Source: Candidatus Heimdallarchaeota archaeon
Lineage (GTDB): Archaea > Asgardarchaeota > Heimdallarchaeia > Hodarchaeales > Hodarchaeaceae
Length of the DNA stretch: 64,000 nucleotides
Assembly (NCBI GenBank): GCA_020353515.1
Contig: CP070695.1
Location: 4,300,503-4,364,502, forward strand
Reading direction: 5' to 3'
Below are positions 38,716 through 48,524 of this stretch, piece after piece. A model generated the notes under the pieces. It saw only the letters and a program-made list of their open reading frames with translations. It was not told the DNA's origin and did no database searches. A program made the translations under genes and the position numbers. Numbering within the stretch: position 1 is the first letter of the stretch; each line of letters starts with the position of its first letter.

Positions 38716-39567
38716 CTATATCGCGAATTCTCGCTTATGGAAGATGGTGAGCGCGCTAATTAAAGCAACTATTCCTACTCCAGCAACGATGATTACATCA
38801 CTTAATGGAAGCATTCCAGTCTTGATAATAGTACCAAGGCTGAAATAGTGGAATAAGGAAAAGTTTTGAATTCCAAGTTCTCCTGTAGGATCTAGCAATC
38901 CACCAAAACCATCTAGCATATATTGGCCTCCAATTAATACCCCAGCAGCAGTCAATGACCTATTTGAGTCGAGAAAAATGGTTGCACATAATAAGGATAT
39001 TGCCCCTAAGGCAAAGAGGAGTAAGAATATTCCGAGTGCATAATTGACTACAAGATCATTGTTAATCACATAGTGATAAACTACATCATTATAGGTAAAT
39101 CCTTCTGGGTACAACATATCCATAACCCAGGTCAAACCAATCATAAAAACAACGATAGCCATTGGAAATATGAGGCTGTACGTGATATAAACACCATATT
39201 TTTCTAAAAGATACCGCCATCTTGGAATCGGATAGCTCAACATTACATCTAGGGTGTTTTTATCAATCTCAGTGGATAATATTCGAGCTGGAATAAAGAG
39301 AGCAACGAAAAGGACAAGGATATTCATAGTACCTCCGCCATACATGAACAGGACAGCTTGCCAAGTCAAACCAAGACCTTCAAGACCTAAATCACCTAAT
39401 ATAACTTTATAAATGGGATTACTCATTGCTTCCAGTCTTTCAAGAATAGTTTTGATCATAGTTGGAAAACTCAAAGCAACTGTACCCACAAAAGCTGCTG
39501 CAACCAAAGGAGGTACTAAACCAGTTAACCAAGACTTTCGTAGATTCTTCAAATAAACATGTACCAT
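38716..39567 (-). CDS. ABC-2 type transporter permease
   Basis: EIDKNTLDVMLSYPIPRWRYLLEKY, six TM segments, ends FHKREF. Confidence 0.88.
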   Translation of the reverse strand: MVHVYLKNLRKSWLTGLVPPLVAAAFVGTVALSFPTMIKTILERLEAMSNPIYKVILGDLGLEGLGLTWQAVLFMYGGGTMNILVLFVALFIPARILSTEIDKNTLDVMLSYPIPRWRYLLEKYGVYITYSLIFPMAIVVFMIGLTWVMDMLYPEGFTYNDVVYHYVINNDLVVNYALGIFLLLFALGAISLLCATIFLDSNRSLTAAGVLIGGQYMLDGFGGLLDPTGELGIQNFSLFHYFSLGTIIKTGMLPLSDVIIVAGVGIVALISALTIFHKREFAI

Positions 39568-39578
39568 TGTTACATCAC

Positions 39579-40508
39579 CTACTCATAAAATTGGAGGAAA
39601 ATTTCTTCAAGAGTTGCATCCTCACAAGTAAAACGTTTGATATCATAATTGGAGATCCATTTCAACAATTCATTGACATCTTCTTTAATCTTTAACACGA
39701 AGGTGTTCGTCTTCGTCTGTTCAACGGAAATGACTGTGTTTAATTTCCTGATTTCTTCTTCGGAAGGAACTGAAGATCCATTGAAAGTTATCCGCACCTT
39801 CTGCATGAATTTTGTTTTCAGATCTTCAACGGCTTCAACAAGAATCATTTTCCCTTCTTTAATGATTCCCACGCGATCACAGACCGCCTGAACTTCAGCA
39901 AGATCGTGAGAACTCAAAAAGATCGTGTATCCTTCTTTACTGAGTTTCCTGATAATTTTGTGGAAATGTGCAGTCATAAGAGGATCGAGTCCACTTGTAG
40001 GTTCATCGAGGATCAGAAAATCAGGTTTCGCAGCTAACGCTGCAATTAGGCCAGCCTGTTGACGGTTTCCTGTAGAAAGAGATTTGATCTTCTTGTGAAG
40101 CTTCACCCTAAAGTTTTGTCGAAGCTCAGCAAGAAATTCCTCATTTATGGGCCGAAATTTGCTAAAATACATTAGAAGTTCTTCGCCAGTAAAGTTCTCA
40201 AATAACGCCATGTCACCAGGCACATACCCAATCCTTTTACGAATTTCAAACCGTTCTCGGTGATGATCAAGTCCGAAAATAGTGACAGTGCCAGTCTGGA
40301 TTTTGAGGTAATCCAAAATAGCCCTCATAGTGGTGGTCTTTCCTGCACCGTTAGGCCCTAAAAAACCGAAGATTTCTCCTTTTTTAACGTCAAAACTGAC
40401 TTCTTGAGCTCCGATGACACGTGACCCAAATTTTTTACCTCCAAGGCCAAATTCTCGACCATAAACCTTAGTCAAGTTTGATACTTGAAGGATTGCTTCA
40501 GTACTCAA
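39579..40508 (-). CDS. ABC transporter ATP-binding protein
   Basis: GPNGAGKTT, LSTGNRQ, ILDEPTSGLDP, SSH. Confidence 0.93.
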   Translation of the reverse strand: MSTEAILQVSNLTKVYGREFGLGGKKFGSRVIGAQEVSFDVKKGEIFGFLGPNGAGKTTTMRAILDYLKIQTGTVTIFGLDHHRERFEIRKRIGYVPGDMALFENFTGEELLMYFSKFRPINEEFLAELRQNFRVKLHKKIKSLSTGNRQQAGLIAALAAKPDFLILDEPTSGLDPLMTAHFHKIIRKLSKEGYTIFLSSHDLAEVQAVCDRVGIIKEGKMILVEAVEDLKTKFMQKVRITFNGSSVPSEEEIRKLNTVISVEQTKTNTFVLKIKEDVNELLKWISNYDIKRFTCEDATLEEIFLQFYE

Positions 40509-40730
40509 TTTTTTTTACTCCGTTTGAATATTGCTATACATTATTGATTTTTGCACAATTGACGCAATTCTGGGAAACATGTTAGAAAACAGGTATATAT
40601 ACTTTTCCTTATAGGCGTAAATTTTGGAAATTTGGTAAATTAAAGTACATTAACGAAATATTTAAAATATGCCTTATAATTGAATTAAATGACTTGAATT
40701 GCTGAAATCAACTTAAAACGAGGATAAAAA

Positions 40731-41846
40731 GTGAAAAATAATATCAATACAGCGCTTTATCAACTAAAGATTGATTATTTGCAATTTATGATTCAAGTAC
40801 AGGATTGGCATGATCCTAACATCATATTAATTGTATATGCTCTCTTAATGGAAAAAGAAAAAATAACCCAAGATAATTTAATAGATTTAACAGGATTAAG
40901 TCGGACTACAATCTCTGAAACCCTCTCACTTCTGATCAATGATCCTCGTGGAATTCCTGTTCTTCAGACACGCAAACCACGTGACAAGAAAAAATATTAC
41001 TATTGTCCCCTTTCTTTTCAAGAATATGTGAAACGAATGTTCGGAGGAGCTCTAAAAACAATCAATCTTAACTTAGAATTTGTACCAGCTATGATAAAGA
41101 GATTAAATAGACTAAAACCACAAGATGAAGCAACTAATCATGTTAAAGAGTTCTTAGTATTTTTCTATACCTACAATCATTTTGTTCGTGTTGTTATGGA
41201 AAAGTATGACGAGGTTTTAACTGAATATTTTGAGAATCCAGAAAAAACACCAGATATCCGTAATTTTTTAACGCAAGAGGAGTTACACTTAGAACTTGAT
41301 ACACTAGATGAAACTCCTAACGAATACAAAGAAACGGACTCACTAACCAAAATTCAACGCGACTTTATTGGTGAAATGGTAAGTATGGGTCAAACAAGTA
41401 GTAGCGGAGTCAACAAAGAACTTGCTTATGCATTTTTTTTGCTTTATCTTAGCAAAAGTCCAATTACTCAAGAAGATTTGATAAAAATTACTAAATCACG
41501 TCGAGCTGCTGTGTCTGAAGCCTTTACATTGTTGTTACGACAAAAATTTGCCAATTTGGTTAAAAAACCTAATGATAGAAGAAAGTACTATGAACCTATT
41601 ATGAATTTAGACGTTTTTATATCCCAAAGATTACAGTTATCACGTCATAAAATCAATCAAATCAACTTAGTTATGAATAATAGATTTATCCCCGAAGTTG
41701 AGAAAATTGAAGGAGACAAAGAGGAGAAAGATAAGCTTAAGGCCTTTTTTCAAGAAACAGGGAGATATTTCCACATTTTGGGCCGCTATATGACGGATAT
41801 GTTTGAATTTATTATGATCCAGTTAAAACAAACAAAAGTTGTGTAA
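40731..41846 (+). CDS. Tandem (duplicated) GbsR/MarR-like HTH regulator
   Basis: Two copies of ITQxxLIxxTxxxRxxxSExxxLL...KPxDxxKYY. Divergent from the ABC exporter. Confidence 0.78.
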   Translation: MKNNINTALYQLKIDYLQFMIQVQDWHDPNIILIVYALLMEKEKITQDNLIDLTGLSRTTISETLSLLINDPRGIPVLQTRKPRDKKKYYYCPLSFQEYVKRMFGGALKTINLNLEFVPAMIKRLNRLKPQDEATNHVKEFLVFFYTYNHFVRVVMEKYDEVLTEYFENPEKTPDIRNFLTQEELHLELDTLDETPNEYKETDSLTKIQRDFIGEMVSMGQTSSSGVNKELAYAFFLLYLSKSPITQEDLIKITKSRRAAVSEAFTLLLRQKFANLVKKPNDRRKYYEPIMNLDVFISQRLQLSRHKINQINLVMNNRFIPEVEKIEGDKEEKDKLKAFFQETGRYFHILGRYMTDMFEFIMIQLKQTKVV

Positions 41847-42041
41847 TTATTAATCATTCCCGAAATTCTAGGATTAATTCTGAAGAAAGTCATGATACGG
41901 TTGATGGAAAATAATAGTATGACTAAATAACACTTGTCGAACAGTATTATTTATCAAGTATACTCTTTTATAATTTGATTTCATCAGTGTCTGGTGATCA
42001 ATATCTACTTGAGAGGTATTTTATAATTCAATAACTAACTG

Positions 42042-42830
42042 TTGGTTGTTATCATGCCTAAAAACTCAACAGAAAAGATCGATCTAGCTATAATAGAAAG
42101 AAAATTAAGTAAAGCAAGTACTTCATCAATATACGACACCTTAAGCAAAATTCAACTTGGAAATGTACTGGAAAAAGAAAAAACAGAAGATAGATTGGAT
42201 ATCGACCTCGATGGTTTCGCTAAACATACATCCCTCTCTAAGGCAACTCAAAAGGAAGATAAGAAAGATCAAACAACTGAGACAATCATTGAACCATCAT
42301 TATCTCCTCCATCTACAGTTCAAGAATTATCAATCCATCACAAAGTATCAATAATAAGTGCCTTTGAAAATCTCTTCGAGATTGAAAGATATCTCTTGAC
42401 AGTGGCAGGTAAAGAAATTGAATTTTCCCTGAAGACTGTATCGACAAACCGACATTCTGAAATGATAAAATCCGATATTAACGGTTCCGATGCAGGAATT
42501 ATACTGCTTCCTTCCTTCACTGACAGAAATGACATTCAAACGATAATAAATAAACATGTCTCTGAATTATGGAGTTATAATGGACTAGGCCCTGTTCCTT
42601 TTGTGATTTTAGGCTTGGAAGATAACATCACTACTGGTTCATTAGCTTTAGCCGAATTAGAGCAATCTATCAGGACTTTTATTGAGAATTTAACCCCTGT
42701 CACTAGAGGAAATTATGGTTTTGGCGTAAAATACTTTCTTACCAAGAATTTAGATTCAGAAACAGAATTAAGGAAAGTATTGCGGGCATTATCCATTTTA
42801 TTAATATCTTATGAACGTTTCAAGATCTGA
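42042..42830 (+). CDS. Hypothetical protein with a degenerate small-GTPase-like C-terminal domain
   Basis: Low-complexity N-terminus, then HKVSII, GKEIEFSLK, GSDAGIILL, LWSYNGLGPVPFVILG, as in GTPase strands b1/b3/b4/b5. No P-loop. Confidence 0.55.
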   Translation: MVVIMPKNSTEKIDLAIIERKLSKASTSSIYDTLSKIQLGNVLEKEKTEDRLDIDLDGFAKHTSLSKATQKEDKKDQTTETIIEPSLSPPSTVQELSIHHKVSIISAFENLFEIERYLLTVAGKEIEFSLKTVSTNRHSEMIKSDINGSDAGIILLPSFTDRNDIQTIINKHVSELWSYNGLGPVPFVILGLEDNITTGSLALAELEQSIRTFIENLTPVTRGNYGFGVKYFLTKNLDSETELRKVLRALSILLISYERFKI

Positions 42831-42867
42831 AAAGCCAAGAAGGGAAGTAACTAAGAACACTTAGTTT

Positions 42868-43191
42868 TTAGAAACCATATTTGTGTAAGTAGTCACACTG
42901 CTGACAGTTTGGTTCTGACATAAAGTATTGCTTACAATAGGGTAAAGCTTTCTTTCTTAAAACTAATCTTCTAGTAAACTTTCGACAAGACATGATGAAC
43001 TTCTGAGTTTCGAGTTCTTCCAGACTTCCTGGTGATCCTGCTTTATAATACGGACAACGGGGTGGACATGGTTCATTCCAAATTTTCAATGTGAGACAAT
43101 AGGTCGATTTTACATCATAAGATGTGATCAGAAACAAACACTCATGGAAAACCTGTTTTGGTACTTCAGTTGACAGCCAATTTTCTGTCAT
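42868..43191 (-). CDS. Small Cys-rich putative metal-binding protein
   Basis: Eight Cys in two similar halves (C...C...CPPRCPYY and C...C...CQQCDY); 107 aa. Confidence 0.65.
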   Translation of the reverse strand: MTENWLSTEVPKQVFHECLFLITSYDVKSTYCLTLKIWNEPCPPRCPYYKAGSPGSLEELETQKFIMSCRKFTRRLVLRKKALPYCKQYFMSEPNCQQCDYLHKYGF

Positions 43192-43482
43192 CTACTTGTC
43201 CACCCATCAAATTATTCTATTAGTGAACTCGGTAAGTTATTTTTAATTACCTAATTTTCGGATCGTAATAATATCTGATGGATGATATGACGTAAAAAAG
43301 GATATTTATACCCATAAATCTATATTATAAAAGACAAGACTTAATATTTACTCCTATATTGTTAGTTTTAGCGAGTTTTCTTAATTATAATGAAAACTTC
43401 TTGAATAAGATAGAATATAACAGATTAATGTTTTTTTCCATATTAATACAGACCGTTTATCCCTATTCCCCTCACTACTATA

Positions 43483-43581
43483 TTGAAGACAGAAAGTGTC
43501 GCTTGGAAAGCCTCAAGACCACTACCACATCCAACGCGACTTCTGATGACCGACTAGCTTCTCCACATTTCTGTCTTTCAA
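43483..43581. ncRNA. Candidate structured RNA element (nested hairpin), family unknown
   Basis: AAGACAGAAA (43486-95) pairs with TTTCTGTCTT (43568-77). The inner GTCGC/TTGGA pairs with TCCAA/GCGAC. GC-richer than the surrounding intergenic DNA. Confidence 0.35.
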
Positions 43582-43643
43582 GTAATACAGTGCAGATGAA
43601 GTATTTAAACATATGTTTATAGGCCAGTGAAAACTACTGATAA

Positions 43644-44189
43644 CTACTTTCTTCTGACCATTTCTTTGTATGATTTAAAGGCAAGAAACTCCAAGACCCT
43701 ACTAAAAGAATAAACATCATCTTTTTTTATCGAATAAAACACTTCATTTGGTAGTTCTTCTAGCATTTCAGGTTCATTTAGCATGATTCGATTTGAGTCA
43801 TCTATTATTTCAACAAAAGCTACAGGATTTGTTAAACCAGCCGTTCTTCGATAATTTTGATAAAAGACTTTAGCAGCAACTTCAGAGTCATGATCCGAAA
43901 AGAGAATCATTGCACCAGATGATTTATAGAAACGATTGTGTAACTTATCTGTAAAATATTGACTGATTGGTTGAACCAGGATTATTTTCACTTCTTTATT
44001 TAGAATGGGCCACCTAAATGAGGATATATTTGCAGAAATAACAGAAATATTCTCATGTGTCGAATTCTGTGGGTATCTTTTAGTTAAATTTTGAATATAT
44101 CGAGTGGTTTGGCCATCAGGGTGACTTAGAACAGATATCCGTAAAGATATTTCGTCCATTAGCCCAAATTCACTCATATAGTTTTCCAC
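43644..44189 (-). CDS. Degenerate Rab-like pseudo-GTPase
   Basis: LRISVL...VISANISSFRWPILNKEVKIILVQPISQYFTDKLHNRFYKSSGAMILF...PVAFVE parallels Rab b1-b5. GKT, DxxG and NKxD are lost. Confidence 0.6.
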   Translation of the reverse strand: MENYMSEFGLMDEISLRISVLSHPDGQTTRYIQNLTKRYPQNSTHENISVISANISSFRWPILNKEVKIILVQPISQYFTDKLHNRFYKSSGAMILFSDHDSEVAAKVFYQNYRRTAGLTNPVAFVEIIDDSNRIMLNEPEMLEELPNEVFYSIKKDDVYSFSRVLEFLAFKSYKEMVRRK

Positions 44190-44352
44190 TCGATTTTTAA
44201 TCTGAAAATGAGCTGAATTGATTATTCGAAATACATGATTCTCTTTTAAATAATTCCTTTTTCAATCGGGATTTAGATTGAAAAAGGAAATTAGGATATT
44301 TCATTAGCTAAATGGAGCTAACTCCCCTATTTGTTCTAGATTTAAATGTTAG

Positions 44353-44760
44353 TTAAACAGCTGTTATTAATGAAAAAACACAGGCAATTATAGAGATAGC
44401 AATCCAAACAATGAACATATCCCTTTTTCTAAACTTAGAATAATCTATCAATCCGCTAAGAAATATTGCTGCTCCACCAATGATGAATAATTGAGGGGCA
44501 ATTGCTGATGATAATATACTGATAATGAGAAGAAAAATACCTAAACAAAGCATTTGAAGACTCTTATGGAAAACTTGATCATCTGTCACATTTACAGGTA
44601 GTTCTTTACCATGCTGTTTTCTTGGAAGATCGTAATTCTTAGTAACCAAGTAAAGAAGATTCGTCAAGGTCTCAAAAATTCCAAAAATAAATCCAAATAA
44701 AGTTATTCCAACCAATTGAAAGATAGACAATTCTACGATAGCCATCTTAGATTTCACCAC
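44353..44760 (-). CDS. Small membrane protein (about 4 TM)
   Basis: Hydrophobic segments around a RKQHGKELP loop. Confidence 0.7.
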   Translation of the reverse strand: MVKSKMAIVELSIFQLVGITLFGFIFGIFETLTNLLYLVTKNYDLPRKQHGKELPVNVTDDQVFHKSLQMLCLGIFLLIISILSSAIAPQLFIIGGAAIFLSGLIDYSKFRKRDMFIVWIAISIIACVFSLITAV

Positions 44761-44866
44761 TTTAAATTAAAACAAAAACAGTCAAAAATTTAGTTTCATA
44801 CTGATTTATAACCTCCCAAAAGTCAATACAAAATTCAAGAAGTCTAAAAATTCATGGAATCCTGAA

Positions 44867-45817
44867 TCATAACTTCTCAAGAAGAACCTGACGATTAACT
44901 TCAATAAAAGATTCGGAAATTTTTAACTGATTGTTTTCTACCTCAATGACACCATTAAGTCTGAGGGTTTTAATATAATAGGAAATGAGAGACTTACTAT
45001 TCCCGGTAAAGAAAGAAAGGTCCTTTTGAGAACAATCTCCATCTGATAATATCAATATTTCTAGAATATTCTTGATATTCTTATTCCTACTAAGAGAAAA
45101 CCATAATTTCTGTTCCATAGAGAACCTTGCGCTACTTAAAAAGAAATGTTTACAACGACCTAATCTTAATGATTCAACTTCGTATTCCCCTGATTCAAGA
45201 GAGCGAATATGATATTGAATTACACCCATCGCAAGATTTGTGGATCTCTGTATTTCACGAAGATTAATTCCAGGATTTTGAGTAATTTTGGCTTTTATAA
45301 TTAGTCTATTTTTATTTCTCGATAATGACTTCTTCTCATCTTGATATTTCAGTTTCTCCAAGTATATTGTTCCGACTAACAGTAGTACTGAGTACTTAGT
45401 TACTCCTAATCCAAATATCTCTCCATATGTTAAGAAAGGTGACGTTCCGTATTTAATTTGAATCGTAGATAATAATTGCCAATCAAGTAGTGTTAATGAA
45501 TAGGAGGTAGTTTTGGAAATTTGGTTGAAAATGATTTCCAGTGAAATAACTGTACTTGTAGTTGTCCCAGAGTTAGTTTGTCCAACAAAATCTATGAAAA
45601 AGGTATCTAACGCTGAATAAGGAATACAATACACTTTATTTTCATTTTTCTCATGATTCCAACTTTGAGAACCTTGAAATGAATGTAAAAACAGCATTGT
45701 AGCTAAAAAAAAGTAAATGAGCTTTAACTGAGATTTTTTTGAGAATATCATGCTCACCTCTTCATCGTGGGCTTTAGAAATCCTTGAGTTATAATTTTTT
45801 TCCATTTCTGCAGTCAA
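44867..45817 (-). CDS. Membrane-anchored winged-HTH transcription factor (ArsR-like tandem HTH)
   Basis: Signal/TM segment and a second TM, then NPGINLREIQRSTNLAMGVIQYHI and SQKDLS...KSLISYYIKTL. Confidence 0.78.
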   Translation of the reverse strand: MTAEMEKNYNSRISKAHDEEVSMIFSKKSQLKLIYFFLATMLFLHSFQGSQSWNHEKNENKVYCIPYSALDTFFIDFVGQTNSGTTTSTVISLEIIFNQISKTTSYSLTLLDWQLLSTIQIKYGTSPFLTYGEIFGLGVTKYSVLLLVGTIYLEKLKYQDEKKSLSRNKNRLIIKAKITQNPGINLREIQRSTNLAMGVIQYHIRSLESGEYEVESLRLGRCKHFFLSSARFSMEQKLWFSLSRNKNIKNILEILILSDGDCSQKDLSFFTGNSKSLISYYIKTLRLNGVIEVENNQLKISESFIEVNRQVLLEKL

Positions 45818-45916
45818 AAAACTGTACTACTATTATGCTAAGGAAAATAAGGTAGAATAAATGTACCACAATTAATAAAATATCCTTAAAAAGACACTAT
45901 TTAGTGAATCATTGGT

Positions 45917-46627
45917 ATGAGCTCCAATTCAAATAGTGAAATCCCAGTCGCTGTTGAAGCCCGAAATATAACAAAGGAGTTTTCTATAGGGAGTACCAAA
46001 ATTACTATTTTGAATGAATTAGACTTTTCTTGTTATGAAAACGAGTTCATAATAATTTCAGGCCCCTCTGGATCTGGGAAATCAACTTTTTTATCAATCA
46101 TTGGCGGACTCACTAGCGTAGATCAGGGAAGTGTACGAGTTTTAAATCATCAATTGAATACAATGACCGAGGAAGCACTAGCGATTTTCAGATCAGTTTA
46201 TGTGGGTTTTGTATTTCAAACTGGGCATTTAATTGACTCATTAACAGTACTGGAAAATATACTGCTACCTGTTGAACTTTCACAACGAGAAGATTCAGAA
46301 AATAAGTATCAGGAAAGAGCTTGGGAATTAATGGAAGAGTTCAAGCTCAGTGAAAGAGCAGATTCGCTTCCAGCAATGATATCAGGAGGAGAGTATCAAA
46401 GAACAGCATTTATCCGAGCATTAATTTTGGATCCAGATATACTTCTTATTGATGAACCAACATCCAATCAAGATACACAAACAACTAAGATTATTAGTGA
46501 TAAGCTCCACAGGTTGAAAGGTAAGAAGAATCTTATTGTAATAACTCACGAGAAAAAGCTATTTCCTTTAGCAGACAAAATCTATGTTCCTCGTGACGGA
46601 AAATTAAGTCCTTATGAAATGGATTGA
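45917..46627 (+). CDS. ABC transporter ATP-binding protein (LolD/MacB-like)
   Basis: GPSGSGKST, GFVFQ, ISGGEYQR, IDEPT, ITH. Confidence 0.92.
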   Translation: MSSNSNSEIPVAVEARNITKEFSIGSTKITILNELDFSCYENEFIIISGPSGSGKSTFLSIIGGLTSVDQGSVRVLNHQLNTMTEEALAIFRSVYVGFVFQTGHLIDSLTVLENILLPVELSQREDSENKYQERAWELMEEFKLSERADSLPAMISGGEYQRTAFIRALILDPDILLIDEPTSNQDTQTTKIISDKLHRLKGKKNLIVITHEKKLFPLADKIYVPRDGKLSPYEMD

Positions 46628-46633
46628 GGTCAG

Positions 46634-48439
46634 TTGGGTAGTCTCAATCTTGCATTAAAGGACATATGGAGACAAAAACCCAGATCTTTACTATTTATTA
46701 CAGTCCAATCTTGTATCACCGCTTCAGGAATCATCATGTATGGTTTAGCTGTAATTATTCAATCACAACTAGGACAAGATCGGGCTTATTTTAATAATTC
46801 AATCATTCAAATCTTCAATGGTTATCTCAATTTTCTCTTATCATTTGCGATAGTAACTGGAATCCTGGTTGCTACAATTCTAAGCTGTCTCCTGACTGTC
46901 GCTCGGATGGACGATTTAGCTGTAATTCTCGCATTGGGAGGCACATTCAAACGAATTCAGCGTATACCTCTAGCACAAATATTCTTAATTACTCTCATTG
47001 CTGGTTTAATCGGTTTGATTGGAGGGATACTAAGTCTTTTTAGCTTTAATCTATTCCTAGGATTTGATACGATAGTATTAGAAGAAATTCTTCCCCTTGG
47101 TCTTGTCTACATCATCTTCCAGATTATAGGAACATATTTTGCAGCAGGATTTGTTGTCAACCTACTTATTCGAAAAAAAATGAGAGAAATCATCGATGGT
47201 CAGTATGAAGTTGTCACAGTTAATCAAAAGAAAATTTGGGGAATTCCTACAAAAGGAAGAATTGGTTTTCGCCTAGCATATCTCTTTAACAAACGATCTA
47301 GAATCCTTTCATGGGTGATGATTGGAGGAACTTTTATGTTAATCTTCTTGACCGCATTTGGTATCCTAGGAGGGAGTATAATCATCAATACAACTAGTGC
47401 TTATATAGAACGTGGTTATGGAACAGAGGTTTATGTGGTTACAAATCCTGAAATTGAATCACTGCTGAAAGAACTATATGATCCAATGGAAGAACTTCGC
47501 TTTGATTCTTCGTTATTATCCTCTAGATACTCAATTCCAGCTGAATTTCTAAACCAATTACCAGTAAACTGTACTTTTGAAGCTCGACTCTTAATCCCTG
47601 GAATAGCAAGAATGATTACTGAAATAAAAACTGAAAATGGAACACCCATCGGGAGTGGTGATACTACCATTGAAACTTATTATTGGGGAATTGATGAATC
47701 TAATTTCTCAATTTTTGATTATTATGGGATAACATTCGCTCCCCCAGGAGGACTTGATATTTATATCGGTGATGGAATGATTCGATCATACCTTAATGAA
47801 GAAAGAGTAGGTTCAATAATTCCAAAGGGAGACAATATTGGCATTGTAGAACGATTTGAGATTGCAGGAGTGATTATGGATCCGTTTGCTCGTGGACATT
47901 GTGTTTATATGGATTCTGGAGAATTAGCTAGAGTGAATAATATTCAGAATCAAAATAATGTAGTCTTTATTAAGAAACCTAATTCTGAGATATTCAATCT
48001 CGTAGAGGCTTTCAACCTGAAATGCTTCTCATTAGACAATTACAAATCAAACTATCTCGTTAGAAGCAATAATTTCTGGTTAATTTCATCAATAGCTTTC
48101 ATTCCAGCAATGATTTCCGCTGGTTTGTCTTTAGTTGCATATTCAGGATTAATCGCTAGAGTTATTCTTATTAAAGACCTAAGAATCCTTCGACTAATAG
48201 GAGGAAATCCAAAAACTTTGAGAAGAGTTATTCTTTGGGTAAATATCCTCCTTGTATTATATGCAGCCCCCTTAGCAGTGCTCTTTGGATTTATTTCAGC
48301 TCATTCATTTCTAATTGTTGAAGCACGTCTACCTTCTATTCAAGCGTGGATACTTCTGGCTTTAGAATTCCTTGTAATGGTTTTGATCATCTATAGGTAC
48401 ATCAAATCGTTTTTTAAAGATTTTTACCGAATTTTATAG
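46634..48439 (+). CDS. FtsX-like ABC permease
   Basis: Two FtsX-type units (RMDDLAVILALGG; KDLRILRLIGG) around an extracytoplasmic domain. Confidence 0.82.
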   Translation: MGSLNLALKDIWRQKPRSLLFITVQSCITASGIIMYGLAVIIQSQLGQDRAYFNNSIIQIFNGYLNFLLSFAIVTGILVATILSCLLTVARMDDLAVILALGGTFKRIQRIPLAQIFLITLIAGLIGLIGGILSLFSFNLFLGFDTIVLEEILPLGLVYIIFQIIGTYFAAGFVVNLLIRKKMREIIDGQYEVVTVNQKKIWGIPTKGRIGFRLAYLFNKRSRILSWVMIGGTFMLIFLTAFGILGGSIIINTTSAYIERGYGTEVYVVTNPEIESLLKELYDPMEELRFDSSLLSSRYSIPAEFLNQLPVNCTFEARLLIPGIARMITEIKTENGTPIGSGDTTIETYYWGIDESNFSIFDYYGITFAPPGGLDIYIGDGMIRSYLNEERVGSIIPKGDNIGIVERFEIAGVIMDPFARGHCVYMDSGELARVNNIQNQNNVVFIKKPNSEIFNLVEAFNLKCFSLDNYKSNYLVRSNNFWLISSIAFIPAMISAGLSLVAYSGLIARVILIKDLRILRLIGGNPKTLRRVILWVNILLVLYAAPLAVLFGFISAHSFLIVEARLPSIQAWILLALEFLVMVLIIYRYIKSFFKDFYRIL

Positions 48440-48524
48440 CGCTTAAGATCATCCAAGCTTTATCTAGATCTTTGATCTTATTTCGTCTACGCAAAGATAT
48501 TTAAATAGAGCTTGCGCAAAATAT

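Noticed and set aside
43359-43622. 87-aa plus-strand ORF in the intergenic gap
   Set aside because: No RBS or protein-like features; it overlaps the hairpin element.
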